Shown here: positions 54,401 to 64,000 of the stretch, in pieces
Position numbering within the stretch: position 1 is the stretch's first letter
Layout of the letters: each line of letters begins with the position of its first letter
Assembly: GCF_964355755.1 (NCBI RefSeq)
Contig: NC_092671.1
Location: forward strand, 17,360,001 to 17,424,000
Length of the DNA stretch: 64,000 nt
From: Antedon mediterranea
Taxonomy: Eukaryota; Animalia; Echinodermata
Direction: 5' to 3'
Made by a program: the position numbers and the translations under genes
Notes under the pieces: model-generated
Database searches by the model: none
The model's input: the letters and a program-made list of their open reading frames with translations, nothing else
What the model was told of the DNA's origin: nothing

Positions 54401-56978
54401 CTTCGTCCGGTCACACTATCGTAGCGCCCGGTTGTTAAAGCAAACTGTTTATACGGCAGTTTTTACTAAATAAATTGCATAAAACGAACAATTAAATATC
54501 CAAATAGTATTTAACATGATGTTGGCATGTAGTTGATAACATTTTTTATCATGAAAATACTACCGGTGGTCCAGCCTTTGATTAGTGAAACCGTCACAAA
54601 AAGTTGTATACATCCCAGATACATCCACACTTATGGCGGCGCCCTACCACATGGACAATATTACTGTTACAGGGAAAATCGCGGATTACTCATTCTTGTG
54701 ATATATATTCTTTGCTTACGTTCAGAGAATACGGGACTCACCTTTCCCTTACTTGATTTCTTAAATTGGTTTTTAATGGTATAATTAATAAAATAATAAT
54801 TATATGAATAACATCATCTGTTGAATGAAATTAAATTACCAACAGAATATAATTCTTGTATGTAAGGATTCACTTGGTCATCATGGAACTATTAGGGAGG
54901 TTTCACAACGCTACGAATACGATAACGAAAACCAGATACGTCACGCACACATATTTGTTTTCGTAAGCCAGTAAAAATGTGTTTCGCATGGCAACGAATA
55001 TTGAGGGCGTCGTATGAAATCTACATATGAAAATACTGTGATCTCTATGGTATCCTATCACAACCAACCTTCTCATCCCCTCTTCAAAGAATATAATTTT
55101 CTCCCATCATTAATCCGACTTCAATCCCACCGTGTGCGAACAACACGTTATTCCAAATCATTTATCCCTAAGTCAATTACAGTTTTCAACAACACCGTTA
55201 CTAGATAATTTGGTTCTGTTTAAGTAATTTTTATATAAGTATTTTTATTATTATGTATAATGTTTTTGTGCAATTTTGTATAGTGTGTACTATGTTCTTA
55301 TATATTTGTTCGTTCTTTTTTAAATAGTGTACAAAAAACGAATTTCCGATGTTTTATTGGACCTAATAAATGCTGTGAGAGCAGCGCATTATTATTAAAT
55401 ATGTATTACGAGTATACTGTACTTTTGTATTGCTTGCCTGTGTTTGATATTACCACAGACACGTCAATACACTTTAAATGTAAATTTGAAATTTTACATA
55501 TTTACCCTATTTTTTTTCATTAATGCACTGTATACTTTGATACTTGGCATATATATTTACAATAAACAGTGTTTTTTTTTATTAATCATAAATATCACCA
55601 TTAATTTGAATTATTTCAATACTGTATTATTCATACACACATTATTCATAATTTATGAATCTTTTTGTTTGTTCCACTTGTGAAAAAAACTATTACTTAG
55701 GCTAATTAAAAAAGTGTGGATATATTTTTCTTATTTTTTTAATTAGTTAGTTATATCAACACAATAAGATATGGCCTATTATTCCTTATTACTGCTGATG
55801 GGCAACACAATTATTGGGGCAACAAGTGGTTATTGATTACGTGTTGAAAATCAAGATAGATGATGTTGCCACAGCAAAGATTGATTTTGACTATGAAATG
55901 ATGGATAGTGATTATCCAATGGGTTACTGAATATCTACTGAATAAAAGTGCATGGCATTTAAGTCTTTATAGATTATAAAGGAGACATCCTAAAATATTT
56001 ATTAAAGATGTGTATTGTCCCTCAAAACATTAAAACTGAAGATTAATAAAATCAGACTTTGAATATGCCATTTTGAAGTTTAAATCAAGATACTCACTGT
56101 CACTTAGCGAGCGATTTTAATTATTAAAAATGAATGGTTAAATTTAGAAAAAAAAATAAAACCAAAAATTGTTTAATTCAATTTTGGGTCAAAATGAAAA
56201 ATGATATATTAAAAAAATATAAAATATATTTGTTTATTGCTTATATAATCTTTCTCCTTTTTTTGACAAAAAAATTAAATAAAAATAGATCTGTTATTAC
56301 TATATAAAGTTATTTTATGGTGTTTTATGATATTAAACTATTTAATAACTAGTCACGAAACATTCTATCTAATAACACTGTGAATAGATGAAAGCTGTTC
56401 AGTCCTAAGAAAAATACAGTTATAACAATACACAAAGATATGAGCAAATTTAATATCATTGAAGGAAATACAGTTATAACAGAGAACAAAAACATACTAA
56501 TTGTAATTATATGAGAAATAATGAAACTGTTATTTCTAAGAGTCCTTGAAATAGAAGTTGGGTCAAATATTATTCATCTTAGACATTCTTTTATTACTCA
56601 TTTTTTTCTTCATATCCTTCATAAGTGGTTTCTTTGTTAATACAAGAAAATTATTTATAACCAAAGATAACAATCGTTTTATATAGTATTTTTGTAACAA
56701 AGAATTTATCACATTACAATTAACTAGTTTGTGACTCAAACTTATATTAAGTGCATTCATTTCCTCAAAGTTTGTGTTACATAAGAAACTAAAGTAGTTT
56801 TTTGTACGTTATCAATTTTGTTATTATAAACTTAAGTATGTTTATGACAAAACTTACTGTCCAATCAACAGTTGTTCGTAGAGGGCGTTCTCCACTTGAC
56901 TGACTTGTGATTGGTAGGTGATTTGATGGCAATCCATGCAATTGGTTTACATATGCATTTGATTTTGATATAGCTTTC
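24424..56978 (-). CDS. DGKZ: Type IV diacylglycerol kinase (DGK zeta/iota-like), multi-exon gene, 5' end missing
   Basis: 21 exons with GT-AG boundaries and matching phases (2854 nt). The translation follows DGKzeta/iota order: KAISK..TVDW, C1A, C1B ([13 protein letters not shown]), basic MARCKS-like segment, [46 protein letters not shown], ankyrin repeats, terminal EDQETAV*. Zeta versus iota cannot be resolved; it is probably the single invertebrate pro-orthologue. Confidence 0.96.
25767..25964 (-). CDS. DGKZ: DGK ankyrin exon 2 ([10 protein letters not shown]...[14 protein letters not shown]...LADYLD)
   Basis: 198 nt, ankyrin consensus, GTGAG donor. Confidence 0.94.
26385..26543 (-). CDS. 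DGKZ: DGK ankyrin exon 1 (LMDVSKRGD...[23 protein letters not shown])
   Basis: 159 nt, ankyrin consensus PLHxA..G..DIV. Confidence 0.93.
27098..27201 (-). CDS. DGKZ: Probable DGK linker exon ([16 protein letters not shown]...HLSKLDK)
   Basis: 104 nt, phase 2-1, needed to restore frame into the ankyrin exon; ttttatag acceptor. Confidence 0.72.
27966..28103. mobile_element. Small MITE (Harbinger-like TIR), multicopy
   Basis: TIR gctctgtctacactatcaaac; related copies at about 22700-22820 and 36400-36530. Confidence 0.75.
28297..28377 (-). CDS. DGKZ: Probable DGK linker exon ([26 protein letters not shown]), symmetric phase 2-2
   Basis: 81 nt open frame, AAG|GTATGG donor, fits flanking phases; unconserved linker. 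Confidence 0.6.
29259..29514 (-). CDS. DGKZ: DGK exon ([33 protein letters not shown]...)
   Basis: 5' part conserved. The 3' boundary (AAAG|GTATTT) was chosen for phase compatibility and is less certain. Confidence 0.82.
29923..30075 (-). CDS. DGKZ: DGK exon ([21 protein letters not shown]...LSPNWCFLD)
   Basis: 153 nt, phase 1-1, WCFLD motif. Confidence 0.92.
30696..30796 (-). CDS. DGKZ: DGK exon ([33 protein letters not shown])
   Basis: 101 nt, [13 protein letters not shown] as in DGKzeta. Confidence 0.94.
30965..31131. mobile_element. hAT-like MITE
   Basis: TIRs caagcccgtagccag / caagtctgtagccag; relative at 61723-61885. Confidence 0.55.
31560..31760 (-). mobile_element. Decayed LINE reverse-transcriptase fragment (RTE-like)
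   Basis: Minus strand contains [10 protein letters not shown] (compare GLHQGS.LSP) followed by a degraded FADD-like stretch. Confidence 0.35.
32219..32418 (-). CDS. DGKZ: DGK exon ([15 protein letters not shown]...QVDGEPC...KPKRRGS)
   Basis: 200 nt, QVDGEP motif. Confidence 0.95.
32572..32729 (+). mobile_element. tRNA-SINE copy, 5' part (3' part resumes at 33723-33765)
   Basis: Matches the 6707-6870 copy; A-box region amplified as four 17-bp units. Confidence 0.75.
32730..33722. mobile_element. Non-autonomous PIF/Harbinger transposon, 993 bp
   Basis: 36-bp TIRs ggg(ta/cc)tgttcagacctacggagttatgctttcgtat, TTA TSD, internal Myb/SANT pseudo-ORF. Confidence 0.9.
32972..33345 (-). pseudogene. 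Frameshifted Myb/SANT-like (trihelix) DNA-binding gene of the Harbinger element
   Basis: [26 protein letters not shown]...[14 protein letters not shown], then after a frameshift [44 protein letters not shown], the pattern of Harbinger-associated Myb-like proteins. Confidence 0.8.
34069..34177 (-). CDS. DGKZ: DGK exon (YGAGCSPWG...[11 protein letters not shown])
   Basis: 109 nt, DDGYLEVIG motif. Confidence 0.95.
34280..34652. mobile_element. PIF/Harbinger-type MITE
   Basis: 38-bp TIRs agccgattttcca.taggc.aatttgttcgcgcgaatc (2 mismatches), TTA TSD. Confidence 0.88.
35451..35643 (-). CDS. DGKZ: DGK exon ([17 protein letters not shown]...CLVFLNISK)
   Basis: 193 nt, phase 1-2. Confidence 0.95.
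36120..36271 (-). CDS. DGKZ: DGK exon (WDLFVE...[16 protein letters not shown]...FHESRE)
   Basis: 152 nt, NNYFSLG accessory-domain motif. Confidence 0.95.
36748..36818 (-). CDS. DGKZ: DGK exon ([24 protein letters not shown])
   Basis: 71 nt, phase 0-2. Confidence 0.94.
37139..38752 (+). mobile_element. Helentron-associated (HINE/DINE-1-like) non-autonomous element
   Basis: Sub-terminal IRs ttggttatccgcc / ggcggataaccaa, 5' internal IR (gcggataa), short microsatellite, two 305-bp internal tandem units (37222-37830), 3' stem-loop aactcgtc-ctcaagt-gacgagtt, ends in CTAG followed by T-rich sequence. Confidence 0.75.
38843..39152. mobile_element. Kolobok-like MITE
   Basis: TTAA|aga(t/g)gtattgtcccc ... 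ggggacaatacctct|TTAA; related ends at about 18895-18912 and 56003-56070. Confidence 0.7.
39615..40232. mobile_element. PIF/Harbinger-type non-autonomous element
   Basis: Termini gggcctgtttctgctg / tgacctgtttctactg, TTA on both flanks, sub-terminal aaaata(c/t)..tat repeats. Confidence 0.7.
41359..41542. mobile_element. MITE with about 23-bp TIR
   Basis: aatttacacag(g/a)cgagtggtaac inverted at both ends; partial relative at about 25510-25635. Confidence 0.65.
41740..41914 (-). CDS. DGKZ: DGK exon, ATP-binding catalytic core (GGDGTVGW...[16 protein letters not shown])
   Basis: 175 nt, canonical DAGK catalytic motifs. Confidence 0.97.
42442..42524 (-). CDS. DGKZ: DGK exon ([20 protein letters not shown]...GPREA)
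   Basis: 83 nt, LNPRQVFDL motif, GTGAG donor. Confidence 0.95.
43425..43595 (-). CDS. DGKZ: DGK exon, MARCKS-like basic/NLS region and start of catalytic domain ([14 protein letters not shown]...[14 protein letters not shown])
   Basis: 171 nt, phase 0-0. Confidence 0.95.
44311..44433 (-). CDS. DGKZ: DGK exon, end of C1B and extension (YHSKVSCF...[15 protein letters not shown])
   Basis: 123 nt, AG/GTGAG, PPTWI motif. Confidence 0.94.
45299..45436 (-). CDS. DGKZ: DGK exon, C1B ([21 protein letters not shown]...ISCSWCKVA)
   Basis: 138 nt, phase 0-0, very close to DGKzeta C1B. Confidence 0.95.
45805..46878. repeat. Intronic minisatellite, 43-bp unit, about 25 copies
   Basis: Head-to-tail gactagttcaaatctagttttc(a/g)ttaggtttgcacagtttgct, no unique spacers. 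Confidence 0.97.
47460..47591 (-). CDS. DGKZ: DGK exon, second half of C1A ([19 protein letters not shown]...FRNYRD)
   Basis: 132 nt, phase 0-0, CxxC..H..C zinc ligands. Confidence 0.93.
47649..47790. mobile_element. Degenerate MITE
   Basis: Imperfect TIR tttcaaacctgttccggcacggttcc / tttcacacctgtcctagcacagttcc. Confidence 0.5.
49072..49277 (-). mobile_element. tRNA-headed SINE with Meta-domain-like body
   Basis: B-box ggttcgagcc, then taaaccgtaggt..gtgtac...actttaaagaatc.agt...tcgagatgagtagg; fragments at about 12510-12585 and 59050-59100. The family label is from memory of the consensus. Confidence 0.55.
49792..50095 (-). mobile_element. L2/CR1-group LINE 3' fragment
   Basis: [19 protein letters not shown]...RELRS....L.IP.....G..F, then RLWNHLP and a 3' end gcgctatataaat. 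Confidence 0.75.
50835..50843 (-). CDS. Candidate 9-nt microexon of DGK (NSQ)
   Basis: long U-rich tract plus tgctgtttgcag acceptor, CAG|GTATAA donor, phase 0-0. Confidence 0.4.
52026..52085 (-). CDS. Candidate 60-nt cassette exon of DGK ([20 protein letters not shown])
   Basis: ttttcttatttag acceptor, GTATAT donor, open phase 0-0 frame in a phase-0 intron, two downstream TGCATG. Confidence 0.5.
53424..53507 (-). CDS. DGKZ: DGK exon, first half of C1A ([28 protein letters not shown])
   Basis: 84 nt, phase 0-0, tttcag/GTAAG; H-x-W and CYVGE motifs. Confidence 0.93.
53709..53915 (+). mobile_element. tRNA-headed SINE with conserved central domain (Deu/Nin-like)
   Basis: B-box ggttcaattcc; gtccactcagctgtaaat..gtacctg-like core and aaggcggcg...ggccaccctacc segment. 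Confidence 0.55.
55050..55370 (+). mobile_element. Rex-Babar/L2-group LINE 3' fragment
   Basis: [18 protein letters not shown]...[18 protein letters not shown] resembles the PSHP...LPSGRR...RT.R...SF.P.AI..LN C-terminus; AT-rich tail with AATAAA. Confidence 0.6.
56858..56978 (-). CDS. DGKZ: DGK exon (KAISKSNAY...[10 protein letters not shown])
   Basis: tttttgcag acceptor and GTAAG donor; resembles the RKAI...RSTVDWS segment of DGKzeta. Confidence 0.88.
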
Positions 56979-57937
56979 CTGCAAAAAACCATAATAGTTT
57001 ATGTCAATGTTGATATGATGGTTCATTGAGTGTAAACCAGTATAACATTTATTTTACCTTACGTTCCAAGACAGTTTCGTCTAGCATATCGATATCAATA
57101 TACATATAAATTAAATAGAAGCCAGAATAAAATATTTTGACTATGTCAATGTTTGTTATATATAGGTATCAATCGATGTTGCACAAATTATGGTGAAACA
57201 ACAGCGTGAGACCTCCAACAAACCTGGCCTTCTGGCGCCATCATATTGCCGAAAAAAAAAATGTAAAATGTACCATGCTGTTAAGAGTAAAAAAATATTG
57301 ACATTTGACATTGATTTAGTCAAATTTAAAGATGTCTGCATGCAAAGTTGGAGACCAGATATCTCTTTTGGAGAAAGTTTCTTTATTTTTACGCCATATA
57401 AACATTCATTACTACATAGAAATGGGCGGTTCCAAAGCAATAAGCCTTGAATCATAACAATAACACTATCATAATAAATACATATTCTCAGTAAATTAAC
57501 ATACAATAAGAACCTTATGCAAGAATGATTTGTGAATCCCAACGTTTTAACCATGAAGTAACCAGTATTAATAAGGTTGAATAGATAAGTCACATCAAAA
57601 TAAAGGTACCACAACAAAGACAGGTTTAAATAGGTTGAATACAAATCCGCATTTGGATCCGAACACAAAAAAACTATTTATAGTAATAATGGTATTTTAA
57701 CTTTTCAGTAACACAATTAGTCTTACATTCATCTGAATGATGACTAAAGCCAGGACTGTTTAAAGTACCTTTGGCTGGTCCCAACACTGACCAAGGGCTT
57801 CTCTCGTCCAGTGCCCACCTTAACCAGAGGAGAGGCATAAGCCAATACGTCTGAGGCAGATACTAGATGAGATGCAGGGGCTGCCATAAGAGTCAGCAGT
57901 GCTGATTTCAAATGTCTAATGGGACCCCAGCTCCATA

Positions 57938-58043
57938 TACAGCACCCAGTATTCCCAGATGGTTTCCCATCCAAGCTCTAACCGGGCCCAACATTGCTTA
58001 ACTTCGGTGATCTGACGAGAACCGGTGTTTCAATGTGGTAAGG
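57938..58043 (-). pseudogene. 5S rRNA-derived sequence (pseudogene or SINE3 head)
   Basis: ccttaccacattgaaacaccggttctcgtcagatcaccgaagttaagcaatgttgggcccggttagagcttggatgggaaaccatctgggaatactgggtgctgta closely follows metazoan 5S; about 8 nt missing at the 5' end, no oligo-T terminator. Confidence 0.88.
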
Positions 58044-60481
58044 AAATAACAAATAACACAAAATCTCTTAATAAATGGTATTACAGAGTTTTAAAAGTTT
58101 CTGATAACCAGGAAATTAAATAACTTAGCCATTTATTGTTTGCATAAAAACAGTGAAAAGGATTGATTGTATTTGAACAATGGAATACAACAATCAGAGC
58201 ACATCTTTTTTTAAACCAAGGAAACTGTATTAAACAATTCTTTTGTGGTTTTCTTTTTAAAATTCCTGCTCTATACAATTCTGTAATTGATTTCCGTGTT
58301 GTACTTTATATAAGACCATAAAAAATGGTTTTTACTATTGTCTACTATAATTATATAGATACAACAGGCCTACTAAGACTTGGCAAAATCATTGCAAAAA
58401 ATTGACAGGCCGGAATTGTATATAATAAGTGCATCACGGTCAGTTAACTCCTTGTCCTGTTGTTGTATCAAAGACGAAATCTTGGTTCGCTAAACAGAAT
58501 AGTAAATGTTTTTCTACTACATTTTCACAACACTGTTTACTTGAATAATTGAATTTAACCATTATTATTTTCATGAAAATCAGCAAAAGCAAATACAACA
58601 ATGAATTATGAATTAAATGGTATTGATACAGTATATAAAAAAGAAAGAAGAGTGATAATATAGACATAATAAAAAAAATAGTATGTCTTGCAGGGCTGTC
58701 TTGCAGGGCTGAATTGCAAACCGTCACTATTCTATCAAAACCTTGTATCTCCACAAAACCTCATTTTACAGTAGGACATGAAACAATTTTGTCTGTTTAT
58801 GCTTTCCGTGTGCTTGTAAATTAGTAATGCTGATTAAGTAAATTTTGTATTATTCACATTTTAAAAATGACACAATTTTGAAGGAATCTCTAGGAATTCA
58901 CTCAGATTTGTATAAAACCTTGTAGCTATAAAACATTTTCTGCTTCCTAATTGGCTGTTACTATAAAAATGTTGAATAGCGATGACATACAAGGGTCCCT
59001 TCATGCAATACAGCTTCTACCTAATGGTTGACATGGACCAGTACACCAGGGCAACCACCTACTTTCCCGAAAGATGGATCTGGGTTCTTTTAAATGCACA
59101 CTTTTATTTCATTTCCGGGATTAGTTCTACCACCTGATCTATAGTCAAGAATAGTCTTAAACATGTGCCGATGTTATGGCTTGTGGCATCCCTGTTTAAC
59201 TGTTCAGTTAGTTAGTACTGTACTACTACTACAGTAGGGAAAAATCCTAATTGATAAGTTAAGTACTGCATTGAAATCTTGCTTCAGATCATCATGGAAT
59301 TATGATAAGAAGATTATTCAAAGGATAATTATATTATTAAAACATAAATTAATAAACTGGACTGACTCTGACTGACTCAAAACCAGATCAAGATGTAATC
59401 ACTAATAATAACTCACTGTAATATTTTAACCGCAAATTATTATATATATATATTATATTGAACAATAAATTATTAAAAATACATTAATGTCAAAAATGAA
59501 ATCTACCTGAGCAACTAACGGAAAAAAATTGAAAAAAAATTAGTATGTTTCAGTCACAGATACATTAAACATTCAGATAATTGACTTAAATTGCATTTTA
59601 ACGACAAGAAAAAAAAAAGCTTGACTTCAGAGACACTCTATAAAAAACAAAATAACAAAATACTTAGAAGACCGTTAAAATATATATGTATATATTTAAT
59701 TGAATTTGCTGTCGCTAGACAGTGAATACTGGCAGTTAATAGCAATAATATCAATAATAATAATAATTTAATACAAACAATGAGACAATAACAACTGAAA
59801 AGGCAAAAATAATACAAGCCTAAACACATAACAACAATAATAATAATAATAATAGTCAATGCATTTAGCATAAATAATTATGAGTTTGAATTTACTGACT
59901 TTTTTGCTTAATGTTTATAGTCCCAGATGTACAATTTTATGAGTATCTATGGAAAAGTATCTCACAGCTCATTAACTATGACTGCATACGGAAGAATGAA
60001 TCTACTGTATAGAATAGTGTATATACACAGATTGACAGAATATTAAAAATAGGCATCTTTGACGTTAACACAGTAATATTCAAAACTTTGAAAGTTTGAA
60101 TCGAAAAAAAGGGAGAATATGGAGATTAAGAATGCATAATAAGAATATTTGAAAACTTAATTATCTTGCCTCAATTTAGCTAAAAAGTACATAATGGCAA
60201 AGTATATTATGTATTCATAGAACTGTAGAAAAATACAATATGTAGGCCTACTTAATTTCACAACATAGCCATATACTTTCAAATTGGTAAATACAATTTA
60301 CCGTAATATATATTTATTTAGCGCCTAGATACTGGGGAAGGTGATAGAGAAGGGAAATCCCTGTTTTGGTCGACCCATTTCCTATTAGCAGGTGTGTGTC
60401 TTTTACAGCAAAAATAAGGTACAATAATGCCCAAAATATTTCAAACAATCTTGGTAATAGAAACCAACAAAATATAACATA

Positions 60482-60668
60482 CAGTGAAGTCCACATTTAG
60501 GACACACCTATTCATGGAACCTATTCGGGGGACACCTGTTAAAGAGACTTTCCTGTGTGAAATGAAAGAGGTACGTTGCAATGTTTTAATTAACATGGTC
60601 AACCCCTACCAAGAGGACACTTCGTTGGCTCTTGAATTTGTCCCCCTAAATGTCTCCTTTGCAATGTA
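60482..60668. mobile_element. pogo/Tc1-like MITE family (relatives at about 35923-36080 and 45513-45768)
   Basis: TA|CAGT start, repeated ggacacc / gtgtcc motifs, degenerate. Confidence 0.4.
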
Positions 60669-62214
60669 TAAAGGTATAGAAACATTTTGAAAGTAGATTT
60701 TCTTTGACAAGTCATTATTTATGAAGTTTGTGTTTGTGTGCTTAAGTCAGGTACGTGGATAAAATGTAAAGTAAGGTGTGCATAAGACTACAGGCCAGTG
60801 TAAATACTAGAGAGGAAATGAGCTGGATAAGGGCACATCCATCAAGTCATTCTGCATACAACAAAATCAAATATTCTGATCAAGCACTCTAATAAAAAAA
60901 AAACTGCATTCATTCAAACTAGAAATTTTAATGTACATTATTTTAGTTGCTCAGCTGTACCCAACAGTTGTTGGAATTTCAGTAAAACACAATATGATTG
61001 TTCATTTTCCTTTCCTTTTCTAGGACCTATTTCGGCTGAAAAATTTCAAAAGAACTGCTGCAAAATCGATTTATAAAAAAGATCGCATTGCAGATAAAAA
61101 CTCCATTGACACAGTCAAATATGTTTTGTAAAACTGGCGATAATACTTTTTGGTTCGCAAACCGCTTCCAATGGAAACAATGTAATGTCAAAATGCTGGT
61201 TACCCACATGAGTATATATAAATTTGACCTATGGTACCTACACCATTATGGAACATTCCTAGTATATTTTCCATAGGTAATTTGAACTGGAGTAATGTCA
61301 AAATGCCTACAGGCATTGTTTTATAATATGACTATTGCATATTATCATAATAATTATTGTAAGTCATAAACATTTTAAATGATCCATGCAAGAAATGATC
61401 TAATTTAGTAGCATCAATGGAAATCTTTTTTGTCCCATCAATTCATAACTACATAATTATACATAAATACATTTATTATGGTACCTGTATTTATAAATAG
61501 TTTGAAATATCAAAGCTTATATAATAATATATATAATATGTTTTTAATATATCTGATTTTTTTTTCTAGAACTAAAGCTGTTTATCTTCATTTTTCAAAA
61601 TAATATTTACTTATAATTTAATATCTTTCCAACTTTTGATTTAAAGAGAAAAATGTAATTATTATACAATACAATACAACCATTATTAAGGAGAAACCTA
61701 GGGACACAACACAGTGTCCTCTCAAGCCTGTAGGCAGAGGGGGTACGAGGGTTCGAACAAACCCCCTTTTGCCCTTACTAGAGAATAGCAGTGAAAGTAT
61801 GGTAAATAAGCCAGCTTAATTATGAAGATTTTTTTCCCCTTTTTTGAAAAACGGAAACCTTTATAAAAATCCTGGCTACAGGCTTTCCTCTCAAACAATG
61901 ATTTGTTTAGGCCTAAAAATAACCTAATATAATAAAACATTGATCAAGCATGAAGTGAATCTAGCAAAGGCCTAGTGAGGATTATTATATAGACATTATA
62001 TATACAGCTTTGTTTATCCATTGCTTGGAAACTGTTTTTTGGAGGTTTCAAACGGTACTAGATAGAGGCTAACAAATTATGGTAGATATGATAGAGTTGG
62101 GTGAGGTAAATTATGGCAGAGATATGTACAGTAAATAAATGCTAATGAATTGTGGATATGGAGATGGGTCAGAGGCCGGCATAAAACTGTGATCGAGGGA
62201 GGCGCCAAAGTTTC

Positions 62215-62520
62215 CAAATTGTGGTAGATAGAAATGTTTGCTGTTACCTAACTGTGATAGAGGTGGCAGGTTACTAAATTGTGGTAGAGATGGGTGTGTG
62301 CGGCCACCAAATGGTGGTACAGAGAGGTGCGTACGTCCACCAAATTGTGGTAGAGATGGGTATCAGTCATCCAATTGTGGTAGAGATGGGTGCGTGAGGC
62401 CATCAATTGTGGTAGAGATGGGTGCGTGAGGCCACCAAATGGTGGTAGAGAGAGGTGCGTAATATGTCTACCAAATGGTGGTAGAGATGGGTATCAGTCA
62501 CCAAACTGTGGTATATGGAG
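62215..62520. repeat. Degenerate minisatellite, about 31-bp unit
   Basis: aa(a/t)tgtggtagagatgggtgcgtgaggccacc-like units, about 9-10 copies. Confidence 0.85.
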
Positions 62521-64000
62521 GTAGGTGAAGGTGGTAGAGGAAGGCATGCCTATTTAACAAATAATTGTATTAGATAGAGATGGACACTACTTGAAATGAC
62601 ATTAGAAATTATATCCACTTAATCTCAATAACAATATTGTTTTAGGTTGCTATTGAAGGCACTGATTTTCTGTTTGCTTAACTAAGAATAGACACTGGTA
62701 TCAAAGTCTATTCTGATAATAGCAGGTATAATACAGTAAATAACTGGTATTGTATCCAATTCTGTCATAATGACATATTATTAAACATTTTTCACAACCA
62801 TTTTCATATTTTACTATAATTATTGTATTAACATTACTATGTCTTTCAAAAACTTACCAACTTGTGCTTGTGTATTTTAGTCTCCAGATTTTGTTTAAGT
62901 TTCTATGATCAACTAATTGATTTGTAAAAAATTATTACAAAACTCTTCACCAAATAAATTTGCCAAAGCTCAAAGAATTAAGAACCATTCTGTTAAATCA
63001 TTGATTTGTTAAAAATCACGGTATTAAAAAAAATTTCATACAAAATGATTTAATCGCAACATAGTTTTGTTGACTGAAAAAACAATAACCAACATTTTTA
63101 TTTTTAAAAACCAAATTTTTGAATAGGAAATATTAAAACGAATGTAAACATTACTTGAAACTATCAGTCCGATTTGAAGCCTGATCGCATTGTTCCTTTT
63201 GTGTGGTCAAATCACTTTCACTGGTTAAACGACGATAAAAACGCAGAAAAACTCTTTTACTCGTTCCACTTTTTGCTTTTGTCGCCGTATCCAGAGACTC
63301 AGATCGCTTCATAGTAGTACCAGTATAGTTGAACGCCAGCGTTCAAATTTGCACAATAAACTACACCAGGTCTATGCAACGAGTTTGACTATACTCCCAT
63401 GTAATTACTAAAAGCCAACAGCCAATGAAAAGACAAGTCTCAGTGACATTAAAAGCTTCCTGATAAAACTCCCTAGATTTCATACAACAATTATCAATTC
63501 CATGAATGACACCACTCAGATCTATGAATGTTCCAAGGTAGGAGGGTTATTAAATCTGCTAATCAATGGACAGTATAATCTATTTTTACATTTTGCAATG
63601 ATAGGTTTTAGCAATTTAATTAATACGACAACATATTCATAATCAAGTTATTCAGCAGTCATTATCATTTGTTGTATACAGCAACATTTTTTTTTTAATA
63701 TCAAAATTAAAAATGTTGAAGTTCGGAACAAAATATGCGATACATTTAATTTTTAGAATACAATGAATGTTATAACTCTAAATATGGTATATATTATGGT
63801 ATAACAAGATGGTCAAATTAGAGTCTACTGTCTGAATGCAAACAAATATACACAGAAGGTGTGGATAGTAAAAGTGGGGAAAACACAGAATAATCACCTA
63901 CAAATAATTAATCAATTCAAAATGCATGGATATTTTTGATTACGATTAATTGGTAGTCAAATCAATCAATCAATCAATCGATTGCCTTAACCATCAAACC

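Noticed and set aside
57156-57668. 170-aa ORF as the DGK N-terminus or a separate gene
   Set aside because: Composition is typical of AT-rich non-coding DNA, with no recognisable domain and no strong donor in the required phase.
57938-58043. Functional 5S rRNA gene
   Set aside because: 5' truncated, several substitutions, no terminator, solitary.
62215-62520. Repeat-spacer pattern and ORF 62238-62429
   Set aside because: The variable parts are diverged versions of one unit; the ORF is a by-product of the minisatellite.

Overview
AT-rich eukaryotic genomic DNA from an invertebrate animal. The repeat content and frequent TAGGCCTA/TACAGTA words suggest a deuterostome such as an echinoderm (inference). 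The main feature is a minus-strand type IV diacylglycerol kinase gene (DGKzeta/iota, rdgA-like). I could thread 21 coding exons with GT-AG boundaries and consistent phases from 56978 down to the stop at 24424 (about 950 codons): C1A, C1B, MARCKS-like basic region, catalytic and accessory domains, ankyrin repeats and the C-terminal PDZ ligand EDQETAV. The N-terminal exon(s) were not found. Introns and flanks carry many mobile elements: PIF/Harbinger-type non-autonomous elements (one with a decayed Myb/SANT gene), piggyBac- and Kolobok-type MITEs, a Helentron/DINE-like element, tRNA-derived SINEs, a 5S-derived SINE candidate, LINE 3' fragments, minisatellites, a near-perfect 200 bp palindrome and a recent templated duplication. 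No CRISPR or prokaryotic system is present, and I found no clearly new biological system. The best leads are candidate in-frame cassette/micro-exons in the DGK gene, an AG|GTAAG site at the last exon with a possible alternative PDZ-ligand terminus, and two different Harbinger elements that each sit inside a copy of the same SINE family.
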